NCBI GenBank assembly: GCA_965243395.1
Contig: CBDEUS010000002.1
Coordinates: 416,001 to 480,000, forward strand
DNA: 64,000 bases
From: Gammaproteobacteria bacterium
GTDB taxonomy: Bacteria > Pseudomonadota > Gammaproteobacteria > UBA4575
Direction of reading: 5' to 3'
The notes below the pieces were generated by a model that worked only from the letters and a program-made list of their open reading frames with translations, was not told where the DNA came from and did not search any database. This document shows, piece after piece, positions 55,526-64,000 of this stretch (the stretch's first letter is position 1; each line of letters opens with the position of its first letter). Position numbers and translations under genes: made by a program.

Positions 55526-57562
55526 TTATAAGGGTTTTTTGAATTTTCGCAATTGATCAATTCGGTCAGATAATTGATTATTATCTGGCTCAATAGACAA
55601 TGCTTGGCCATACAAAAATAATGCAATATTATAATTTCGGTTTTGAATTTGTAATTCTGCCCACTCGACATAATAATTCATTAATGAAGACAGGCCTTGT
55701 TGTGCGCTGAGGTTTTGAGGCTGGGATTTTAAGACACTTTCATATGTATTCTGCGCCTCTTTATAAATTTTAAAATTGCGTTGGTCAGATTGAATATCTG
55801 ATTCTATTTGCAACATTTTTTCATTAGCATCAATAAGTAAACGACTTACATTCTCAGAAGGGGTGCTATCATTTAAAATGTTTTGTGCTGGCGGGTTGCT
55901 ATTAGTATTTAAAGAAGCAGTTTGCTGCCGTTCAATTTTTTGCAGCCCTTGTAGCGCAATAGTATCATTTTGATCAATTGACAAAGCCTTATTGTAGAAT
56001 TGCTTGGCCAGATCAATGTCATTGTTTTTATAATAGTAATTAGCCCAGCTTAAATACTTACCATGTACTTTTTTGATGCCATCAATAGCAATTTGGTTGT
56101 TTGGTGCCAGCTCCAAAATTTTTTGATATGTTTCTAGCGCATTATCACCAGGCGGAGTAGAAAGTTGCTTATTCTCAAATTGGTATTCAGCAAGCATTAG
56201 CAGGTTGCCTATGCCCTCGTCTGTGTTAAACAACGAGCTATCCAGTTGACCTAGTACTAGAGGTGCCACTTTAGGCTTCTGGGAACTTTTTTTATTATAA
56301 TTTGTTCCGCTTGTAGTAGAAAAATCACTATTATTTTCAAGATTAGCTATAGTATTTTCTATAGATTCATTTATCGGCACATCATCCGTTGTGTTCGTTT
56401 CAATACGATTATTTATAAAAAGGACATACCCTAAAACCAATACGGCTAGAAGCCCGAAAATTGTAGGAAAAGATCTCTTGTGAGCAGGAATTTTTTGTTC
56501 TTTTGGAGTCCACTCAACAGACATGACGTCATTACTAAGATCTATATTTTTGGTGTCTTTACTTAGTAGACCCTCATTAGCTTTTTGTCTGGTAAGTTTT
56601 TTAGTAATGCCAATGTTAGTTGTAACAGTTGGAATTTTTGATTCATTTAAATCAGATTTGCTAGGTTTTTTTATAAAAGCTTTGTGCTTTTCGTTCGGTT
56701 TATAGGCTGCAGTTTTTCTGGACTGAAAACCATTAATATATTTGTAAACTTCATGAGAAGGAGGATAAGAATTTTCTAAGCGTATATTTTTATCTTTAGA
56801 AAATAATCGTGCAAAATTTATTGCTCGTGTAACAGTATCTAATGTAACAAAATCCAATTGATCTTTTTTTACTAATGCGGAACACCATTCTAATGCGACA
56901 TCCAGAAGCCTTTTGTTCATTAGTGAAAATTCACTTAATGCATTTAACGTTTCATTATCAAATTTTAAGTTTTTTATATTCGAAGAAATTTTATAGGTTT
57001 TATTCTTAGCATATTTCAGTATTTCTTCTTTATTTAAACTTTCCATTGGACAATGTATAAAATCTGCATCATCCAAAGTTTTTATAGATAATAATTGGTC
57101 TTTAAAGTTGGTTGATCCGGTTAAGACTAGCTGTAAACTATGATCGTTATTCGACTTAGTTGTGATCGAAGAAATCAGTTCGGTTAAAAAATCTATTGGT
57201 AAGTGATCAGCATCATCCAAAGTAACAATGAGCTTATCGTCCAGATCTGTAGACGCAATAATAAAGTCCCAGACAGTGCTAAGTTCGCTTCTATCAGAAT
57301 CCGCATTAGTAGAATCTGACGATGGCAAGTCTTTCCCGCACAATGCGATAGTGCGGTGGCTAGAGGACATATCTTTACTAATTGTATGAAGAAGAGCAGA
57401 TTTACCTTTTTTAGGGTCCCCTGTAACTAATATAATTTTTTTATTGCTATTTAACGCAGCAAGTACGATCTCGTAAGTACTTTTAAGTACTTTCTTTGAC
57501 GCAGGTTGTTGACTAGAAGAATTTTCTAGAGTGTTTACATCATTAGAAATGACTGTGCTCAT
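55526..57562 (-). CDS. ExeA/AAA_22-like ATPase domain, TM and periplasmic TPR-like repeats
   Basis: LVTGDPKKGKS Walker A-like, VTLDDAD Walker B-like, LQLVLTG; TM IFGLLAVLVLGYVLFI; repeats YQKILELAPNN, YNKALSIDQND, YGQALSIEPDN. Confidence 0.72.
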   Translation of the reverse strand: MSTVISNDVNTLENSSSQQPASKKVLKSTYEIVLAALNSNKKIILVTGDPKKGKSALLHTISKDMSSSHRTIALCGKDLPSSDSTNADSDRSELSTVWDFIIASTDLDDKLIVTLDDADHLPIDFLTELISSITTKSNNDHSLQLVLTGSTNFKDQLLSIKTLDDADFIHCPMESLNKEEILKYAKNKTYKISSNIKNLKFDNETLNALSEFSLMNKRLLDVALEWCSALVKKDQLDFVTLDTVTRAINFARLFSKDKNIRLENSYPPSHEVYKYINGFQSRKTAAYKPNEKHKAFIKKPSKSDLNESKIPTVTTNIGITKKLTRQKANEGLLSKDTKNIDLSNDVMSVEWTPKEQKIPAHKRSFPTIFGLLAVLVLGYVLFINNRIETNTTDDVPINESIENTIANLENNSDFSTTSGTNYNKKSSQKPKVAPLVLGQLDSSLFNTDEGIGNLLMLAEYQFENKQLSTPPGDNALETYQKILELAPNNQIAIDGIKKVHGKYLSWANYYYKNNDIDLAKQFYNKALSIDQNDTIALQGLQKIERQQTASLNTNSNPPAQNILNDSTPSENVSRLLIDANEKMLQIESDIQSDQRNFKIYKEAQNTYESVLKSQPQNLSAQQGLSSLMNYYVEWAELQIQNRNYNIALFLYGQALSIEPDNNQLSDRIDQLRKFKKPL

Positions 57563-57938
57563 ATGTCTGCGAATTAGTGAATTTTCGATTTGAAATTAAT
57601 ATTATAGTACTTCAGCAGTTTACCTATAATGAATATTGGCCAAACATTTCTGAATTTGGCTATAGCCGAGTTTACATAAGTTAAATCATTAAAATTGATG
57701 TGAATTCAATTCAAAATCCATAGTATTATTAGGGTTTAAATGTAAAATGATATTGTTAGTTGACGACCAATATTAAATTGACAGTTTAAGAAATAACCAA
57801 CTTACATACACTGTAATACAGCTGCAAAATTTAAATTTAACTAGATTTTTATCAAAATAATTTTTGTACGCATTTAAGCAACATAAACCACAACTGAATG
57901 AATGCAATTAAAATATTCATTGCATCAAGGAGATATTA

Positions 57939-59228
57939 GTGAGTAATAAAGCACAACAAGGATTTTCCACACGAGCCATTCATGCCGGAGCCTCACCAGA
58001 TCCTTCCACCGGTGCACGTGGAACCCCAATACATCAATCAACCGCTTTTGTATTTGATGACGCAGATCATGCAGCTGCATTGTTTGGGTTAGAACAGGCT
58101 GGTTTTATTTACTCACGACTTACGAATCCTACGGTAAGTGTATTTCAAGAAAGAGTGGCAAGCTTAGAAGGGGGTGTGGGAGGAACCTGCACATCTTCTG
58201 GACATGCAGCACAATTATTAGCTCTGTTTGCATTAATGAGCAGTGGTGATGAGTTTGTGGCGTCCAATAAGCTTTATGGAGGATCGATTACACAATTTGT
58301 GCATAGTTTTAAAAAGTTTGGCTGGAAAGTGAATTTTGTTGATCCAATAGATCCGCAAAACTTCCGCAAAGCAATTAACGAAAAAACCAAGGCGGTGTTC
58401 ACAGAAAGTTTGGCGAATCCAGGTGGCGTTGTTTGTGATATAGAAGCCATTGCTGCGGTTGCACATGATGCAGGTATACCTTGTATTGTTGATAACACAC
58501 TTCCTTCACCGGCTTTATGTCGTCCCATAGAGTTTGGTGCTGATATTGTTGTGCATTCCACGACAAAGTTTATTTCGGGTCATGGTAACGCCATGGGAGG
58601 TGTTGTTGTGGATAGTGGCAACTTTGATTGGTCTCAAAATGACAAATTCCCGGATTTAGTACAAAGTTGTGGTGCTTACCATGGTTTAAAGTTTTATGAA
58701 ACTTTTGGCAATATGGCTTATACGATGTTTAGTCATGCAATTGGTTTGCGTGACTTGGGCCCGGCCATGTCCCCTATGAATGCATACTTATCATTAACCG
58801 GTGCAGAAACTTTGCCTCTACGGATGCAAAAACATGCTGACAATGCCTTGGAAGTTGCAACATGGTTACAAGGCAACCCAAATGTAACTTGGGTATCGTA
58901 TGCAGGATTGCCTGATAATGAATTTAATACACTGGCTAAAAAATACTGCCCAAGTGGAGCTGGGGCTGTGTTTACCTTCGGTGTTGCAGGCGGATATGAC
59001 ATGGGTTTAAGTATTGTAAGTAATTGCAAGCTACTTTCGCACTTAGCGAATATTGGTGATACGCGCTCACTTATTATTCACCCAGCCTCAACTACCCATC
59101 GTCAGTTGACTGAAGAGCAACAAATTTCTGCCGGTGCAGGTCCTGATGTTGTACGTCTGTCGATTGGTTTAGAAGATGCTGCTGATATTATTGCAGACCT
59201 TGATCAAGCGATTGCTGCAAGTAGTTAA
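57939..59228 (+). CDS. metY: O-acetylhomoserine aminocarboxypropyltransferase (MetY/Met17 family)
   Basis: YSRLTNPT, VHSTTKFISGHG (PLP Lys), HLANIGD, HPASTTH, RLSIGLE. Confidence 0.9.
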   Translation: MSNKAQQGFSTRAIHAGASPDPSTGARGTPIHQSTAFVFDDADHAAALFGLEQAGFIYSRLTNPTVSVFQERVASLEGGVGGTCTSSGHAAQLLALFALMSSGDEFVASNKLYGGSITQFVHSFKKFGWKVNFVDPIDPQNFRKAINEKTKAVFTESLANPGGVVCDIEAIAAVAHDAGIPCIVDNTLPSPALCRPIEFGADIVVHSTTKFISGHGNAMGGVVVDSGNFDWSQNDKFPDLVQSCGAYHGLKFYETFGNMAYTMFSHAIGLRDLGPAMSPMNAYLSLTGAETLPLRMQKHADNALEVATWLQGNPNVTWVSYAGLPDNEFNTLAKKYCPSGAGAVFTFGVAGGYDMGLSIVSNCKLLSHLANIGDTRSLIIHPASTTHRQLTEEQQISAGAGPDVVRLSIGLEDAADIIADLDQAIAASS

Positions 59229-59676
59229 AATATAGTAAAAAAATTTTCGCCAGTGACGCGCAAGTAATTTATTTTGCTTGGTCGTCTCACTTAAAGCCTT
59301 TATTCTTTTTTTTCGTGCTCGTATATAGCAAAGATAAGCTGTAAGTTTTTCCGGATAAATGGAAAGTCGTATATATCCTCAGCTTGTATAGTTTGCCTAT
59401 CCTTGATTAACCATCGGAGTTGGAAATTCATCGATAAATGAGGCTTGTGTATTTCTTTGAATAATACATAAGCCAGTCTATTTAATCCGAAATTTAAATC
59501 CATTCAGTGCGTTACCGGCATATTTCTACACATAAATACTTAATAATTTGCTCAAATCATTTCTTCAGTGTGTAGGAAATCGCATTTTTAACAGTAAGAC
59601 TGAATCCGATTAAACGAATAGAAAATTAATCGATCTAAATCAGAAATGATTTAACAATAAAGTATAGAGGTAAAAC

Positions 59677-60177
59677 ATGAATATACGTTTTTTAAGCCCA
59701 TTGATTATTCTAGTATTTGTATTTCTACCATTTACTGTTTCAGCAATATCAGTTGGCGATACAGTGCCGTCATTTAAAGCACGAACTATTGATGGTACAA
59801 AAAGTATTGCTGTAGATGATTATCGCGGCAAAGTTGTTTTAATTGATTTCTGGGCTTCGTGGTGTCCTCCATGCTTGAAGTCTTTGCCAAAATATAATGA
59901 ATTACGCAGAGAAATTGGCACTAGCGATTTTGAAATAGTTGCTGTCAATGTAGACGAAAACACTGAAGATGCAAAAAAGTTTTTAGCCAAGCATCCAGTT
60001 AGCTATCCAATCGCAAAAGATCCTAAAGGTGTTTTACCTGGTGTATTTGGTGTTAAAGCAATGCCAACTTCATATCTAGTGGATAAAAATGGTGTTGTAA
60101 AATATGTACATGCTGCTTTCAAAGAAGGTGATATTGAAAAACTCAGAGTCGAAATTGAAAAATTGATTGCTGAATAA
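59677..60177 (+). CDS. TlpA-family thioredoxin-like periplasmic protein
   Basis: Signal peptide; GKVVLIDFWASWCPPC; cis-Pro motif AMPTSYLVD. Confidence 0.92.
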   Translation: MNIRFLSPLIILVFVFLPFTVSAISVGDTVPSFKARTIDGTKSIAVDDYRGKVVLIDFWASWCPPCLKSLPKYNELRREIGTSDFEIVAVNVDENTEDAKKFLAKHPVSYPIAKDPKGVLPGVFGVKAMPTSYLVDKNGVVKYVHAAFKEGDIEKLRVEIEKLIAE

Positions 60178-60199
60178 AAATTTAGACTAAATTACAAAT

Positions 60200-60409
60200 A
60201 TGAAAAATATTTTTTACATTATTTTAATTTCTATTGTTGCATCTGCATGCACAACAGTTAATCCATGGGAGCGTGGGATTTTAGCTAAAACAGAAATGGC
60301 ATGGGAGCCCGACCCACTTATGGGACAACTACAAGAGCACGTTTATTTCAGTAAAGAAGGATCTAACGGTGGATATGGTGCTGGCGGCGGGGGCTGTGGC
60401 TGCAATTAA
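60200..60409 (+). CDS. DUF4266 family small lipoprotein
   Basis: Lipobox ASAC; VNPWERGILA; C-terminal SKEGS.GG.GAGGGGCGCN. Confidence 0.88.
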   Translation: MKNIFYIILISIVASACTTVNPWERGILAKTEMAWEPDPLMGQLQEHVYFSKEGSNGGYGAGGGGCGCN

Positions 60410-60453
60410 TTCAATATTCTTCTTTTTATAAAAAAGTAAATCTATAGAAATAA

Positions 60454-61665
60454 ATGGGTAAAAAATCTAGCAGTATTAGCCCTGCATTGGCTGCACTTAC
60501 CTCAGCAGCAATGGCACTACCTGGCATTAGTTCAAACGTTAAAGCGGCTGTTGCTGCTAACGAACCTAAGCTTTCACTCGCTTACACACGTTATGACGAA
60601 GACTCTATTCCTAGCAATGATGCAGTAACAACTGCGGGTGATCGAGATCGCTATGAAATTGATGTCGCTCAAATTCAGTTTCTCTATCCGCTCAGTGATA
60701 AATGGCAAATTACGACCGGCTTTGTTTATGATGATATGAGTGGGTCCTCCCCTTGGTTTATTCAACCCACCAATACTGTGACCGCTACTGGTGATCCGCT
60801 TGTGGTCATGAGTGGTGCCACGATTGATGACACACGCTATGACTTCAGTATAGGGGCTGAATATTTTGGTGAGAAATTTACTGTTGCGCCTAGCATTGGT
60901 TATTCAACTGAGAAAGATTACAAAGCCATTAGTGGCGGAGTAGAAATTGAATATGAATTTCCCAACAAAGCGACTTCCTTGCGTGGTGGCATAGCGGTTT
61001 CATTTGATGAAATCGATCCTACTCAAGAACCCGGTGTTGTACGTGTTAATAATGAAGACAAGGAAAATTATGCAATTTTTGGTGGAGTAACTCAGGTTAT
61101 TAACAAACACACTATCATTCAAACCACATTAGGTATTTCTTATTTTGATGGGTTTCTGTCTGATCCTTACAAACAAGTATGGCTACCAACAGGAAACTTG
61201 CCCGATAGTCGTCCTGGTGATCGAACTCAATATACTTTTGCTACACGTCTGCGTAGGTACTCGGAATTATTTGCCGCAGCATTACATGTAGACTATCGTT
61301 TTTATTATGACGACTGGAATGTTCGCTCACACACATTAGATTTAGGGTTGCATAAGGTCACCGAAAGCGGTTGGGCATTCGATACCTCTATACGTTACTA
61401 CACACAAACTCAGGCCGATTTTTACGAACCATTTTATCGAGCACCGCGAGCCGACGGGGAATACTCTAGTGATTTTCGTCTTTCTCCCTATGGCTCTGTA
61501 TCATTACGTTTAGGTTTATCGGAAACCATAGGCGATTGGACAGTTAAGCTAGCGGCAGAGCGTTATATCAGCGACAAATCTTATTCTGTGCAGAGCGTCG
61601 ATGTTGAAAATCCTGCTTTGTTAGATTTCACGCAATTCACATTTGGCGTTGATTACAGTTTTTAA
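60454..61665 (+). CDS. DUF3570 family outer-membrane beta-barrel with flavinylation-type motifs
   Basis: Signal peptide; DDMSGSS and VMSGAT; STEKDY, GFLSDPYK, DYRFYYDDW, SSDFRLS; C-terminal beta-signal FGVDYSF. Confidence 0.82.
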   Translation: MGKKSSSISPALAALTSAAMALPGISSNVKAAVAANEPKLSLAYTRYDEDSIPSNDAVTTAGDRDRYEIDVAQIQFLYPLSDKWQITTGFVYDDMSGSSPWFIQPTNTVTATGDPLVVMSGATIDDTRYDFSIGAEYFGEKFTVAPSIGYSTEKDYKAISGGVEIEYEFPNKATSLRGGIAVSFDEIDPTQEPGVVRVNNEDKENYAIFGGVTQVINKHTIIQTTLGISYFDGFLSDPYKQVWLPTGNLPDSRPGDRTQYTFATRLRRYSELFAAALHVDYRFYYDDWNVRSHTLDLGLHKVTESGWAFDTSIRYYTQTQADFYEPFYRAPRADGEYSSDFRLSPYGSVSLRLGLSETIGDWTVKLAAERYISDKSYSVQSVDVENPALLDFTQFTFGVDYSF

Positions 61666-61727
61666 TTTTCTGACTTCAGAAAAAATCTAGTACACTTCGC
61701 AACAGTTTTATTTTTGGAGCTTCCAAT

Positions 61728-62648
61728 TTGGAACTCTACACTTTTGCATTTAAAGCCATGGGCTCACCTTGTGAGTTACGTCTTTATTCCAATGAAAAAG
61801 CATTTGCACAAGAAATTGCAGATGCGGCAATTGCAGAAATACATCGTCTTGAAAAAAAGTACTCGCGCTATCGCAACGATAGCGTCACCAGTGAAATAAA
61901 TAATAGTGCCGGAAATAAAAATGGTATTGAAGTAGATTCGGAAACCGCACTGTTACTCAATTATGCTCAAGTGGGTTTTGAACAAAGTGATGGTTTATTC
62001 GATATAAGCTCCGGTATTTTACGTAAAGCTTGGGATTTCCGTTCGCAACAACTTCCTTCACAAGATGACATCGATGCATTATTACCCTTAATTGGTTGGG
62101 ACAAATTGAGCTGGCAAGCTCCCCGCTTATGTTTGCCAGTAGAAGGAATGGAATTAGATTTTGGTGGATACGTAAAAGAATATGCTGCCGATGTTGCCGC
62201 GAATGTTTGTCGTAGTGGAAATATTCAAGGAGGTCTGGTCAACCTGGGGGGTGATATATGTATTATTGGACCCCACCCAAATGGTGACGCATGGAAAGTA
62301 GGTGTACGACACCCACGTAATCCAAGTGTACCGATGTCATTTGTGCTACTTGAAAAAGGCGGTTTAGCCAGCAGCGGAGACTACGAACGTTTTATGATGA
62401 TAGATGGTGTTCGTTATGCCCACATTCTTAATCCGAAAACAGGCTGGCCGGTAAATAGTTTAGCGAGCACGAGTGTATACGCTGAGCAATGTGTAGTGGC
62501 TGGTACATCGTCAACCATTGCGATGTTAAAAGGCGAGCAAGAGGGGATAACGTGGCTTGAGGGATTGGGCTTGCCCTATATCAGTATGAATCAACAACAA
62601 GAAATCTTCGGTACTCTTAAACGCCTTGAAGACATTAATCAAGTTTGA
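61728..62648 (+). CDS. apbE: FAD:protein FMN transferase ApbE (no signal peptide)
   Basis: AMGS, SDGLFDIS, LDFGGYVKEYAAD, VNLGGD, ASSGDYER, HILNPKTG; TTG start with a GGAG RBS. Confidence 0.92.
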   Translation: MELYTFAFKAMGSPCELRLYSNEKAFAQEIADAAIAEIHRLEKKYSRYRNDSVTSEINNSAGNKNGIEVDSETALLLNYAQVGFEQSDGLFDISSGILRKAWDFRSQQLPSQDDIDALLPLIGWDKLSWQAPRLCLPVEGMELDFGGYVKEYAADVAANVCRSGNIQGGLVNLGGDICIIGPHPNGDAWKVGVRHPRNPSVPMSFVLLEKGGLASSGDYERFMMIDGVRYAHILNPKTGWPVNSLASTSVYAEQCVVAGTSSTIAMLKGEQEGITWLEGLGLPYISMNQQQEIFGTLKRLEDINQV

Positions 62649-62891
62649 TACGAAGCTGCCAGATAGAATTACCTTTGCCCAAAAAGTGTGAATCTATTCA
62701 CATATTTAACATGAAATACCAAAGAAAACATAGCAATACGACCGTTTATTCACACTTTGCTACCACTCGTCGCCAAAAAGAGTTACTATTTATTCGCCAC
62801 ATTGTTCCAACTCCAGTGGCAAACCTGAAAGCCTTGTGGATGGATCCATGGGGCTTTCTTATATCTGCTTGGTTTATTTCTAGCTGAAACT

Positions 62892-64000
62892 TTATTGTGT
62901 TAAGAATTCTTCTATTGTTTGCGCATTGAGTTGCGCATCTTTTTCGCCCAACTCAATTAAACGATGTAAGTAATCCGGCTGAAACATTAATAAAGACAAA
63001 GAGTCTGGGCTTTTGGTATCGCGAGTTCCAAAGCCTCGAGTGAAATACCGAAATGGCTGTGGTAATCGAATTTCATATTGACTGGCAAGCTTACCTAAGT
63101 CTTCACTAGGCCTAAGAATAAGTAAGTTTACTTTTTTTAATTCTTCTCGCGTTGCTTCGCTTACTTCTTCATACAACATATTAATTCGGCTCATGTTGGC
63201 AGCATCATAATCGAGTAAGTCTAAAAAGATTGAGTCAAGCAAAATACCAATTATTTGTGCAACAGGTGCATATTCACCAATAACAGATTCGTCTGGCGTA
63301 ACCTGTCCACCTCGAAAGCGTGTCGATATCGCGAGTATTTTTTTTGCCCCCAAATGCATAATTGGTGAAAGTGGAGCAATCGAACGAATTCCACCATCCC
63401 CATGCCAACCATCATCAAGCTTAACGGCGGGGAATACTAAGGGTAATGCGGCTGATGCCATAATGTGTTCCACAGTGATCTCTGCTGATTCGCTATGGCG
63501 TCTTGGACGTTGCCAATGTTCTTGAACATCTCCTTGAACCCATGTGATGGCTTTACCGGTACCATAGTTTGTGCTGGTGATACCTAGAACTTGCAATCGG
63601 CCATGTTCAATATTTTCCTGAATGCCGTGAATTCTTTCTGTTGCTTTTGAGGCTAATTTTTTTTCTAAGAAAATTCTTAATGGGTCACTATCTAATAAAC
63701 TACGTTTGCGCGGGCCCATATTGCTACCACCCAAAATAAAACTTAGTCCCCAGCGAAAAAAGTTTGCAAAGAAATAACCACTGTCTGTGCGAAATACCTT
63801 ATCTGTAGTTAATTCAAGCCATAGTTCAGCAAGTTGATTTACTGCTTCGTGGAAGGTGCCTTGGTAAGCTGCTAGATGTGCAGCATTTACCGCCCCAGCA
63901 GAAACACCTGTAAGTATAGGGGGGTGGAAATCGTCAAAATTTTTACATATATAGCGTAACACTCCTACTTGATAAGCTGCTCTAGCACCCCCTCCTGTCA
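62892..64000 (-). CDS. Patatin-like phospholipase (N-terminus outside the window)
   Basis: Frame is open to the window edge: TGGGARAAYQVG oxyanion loop, GVSAG nucleophile, DGG. Confidence 0.9.
   Translation of the reverse strand, partial: TGGGARAAYQVGVLRYICKNFDDFHPPILTGVSAGAVNAAHLAAYQGTFHEAVNQLAELWLELTTDKVFRTDSGYFFANFFRWGLSFILGGSNMGPRKRSLLDSDPLRIFLEKKLASKATERIHGIQENIEHGRLQVLGITSTNYGTGKAITWVQGDVQEHWQRPRRHSESAEITVEHIMASAALPLVFPAVKLDDGWHGDGGIRSIAPLSPIMHLGAKKILAISTRFRGGQVTPDESVIGEYAPVAQIIGILLDSIFLDLLDYDAANMSRINMLYEEVSEATREELKKVNLLILRPSEDLGKLASQYEIRLPQPFRYFTRGFGTRDTKSPDSLSLLMFQPDYLHRLIELGEKDAQLNAQTIEEFLTQ

Noticed and set aside
59252-59291. Hairpin after metY as a terminator
   Set aside because: The stem is imperfect and has no adjacent U tract.
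59300-59503. 67 aa minus-strand ORF between metY and tlpA
   Set aside because: No RBS or recognisable motif; it cannot be supported without a homology search.
62645-62887. 80 aa ORF after apbE as a fifth operon gene
   Set aside because: TTG start without an RBS and random-looking composition; probably intergenic.

Overview
This window is the replication-origin region of a fairly AT-rich gammaproteobacterial chromosome and is almost entirely housekeeping. It runs yidC(partial)-yidD-rnpA-rpmH | dnaA-dnaN-recF-gyrB, with a candidate oriC between dnaA and dnaN and two parS sites inside recF. It continues through lemA, a GIDE-like membrane protein, an SH3 protein, xthA, an orphan ParA, an L,D-transpeptidase, ampG, a Crc-like ExoIII, pyrE, argB-algC-dut-coaBC, radC, mscL, bioFB, comF, ubiA-aroE-hemB-hemF-tsaC-topA-dprA-tsaP, def-fmt-DUF4390-ntrYX-like-trkAH, pip-dtd, hisBHAFE, tatABC and gpmI. 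The right end is more accessory. It holds a Cys-containing porin with a complex upstream region, a hidden small membrane ORF, an AAA-TM-TPR protein, metY, a TlpA-DUF4266-DUF3570-ApbE extracytoplasmic flavinylation/thiol-redox operon whose ApbE has no signal peptide, and a partial patatin. I saw no rRNA, tRNA, CRISPR array, transposase or prophage. All family calls come from recognising motifs by eye; no database search was run.
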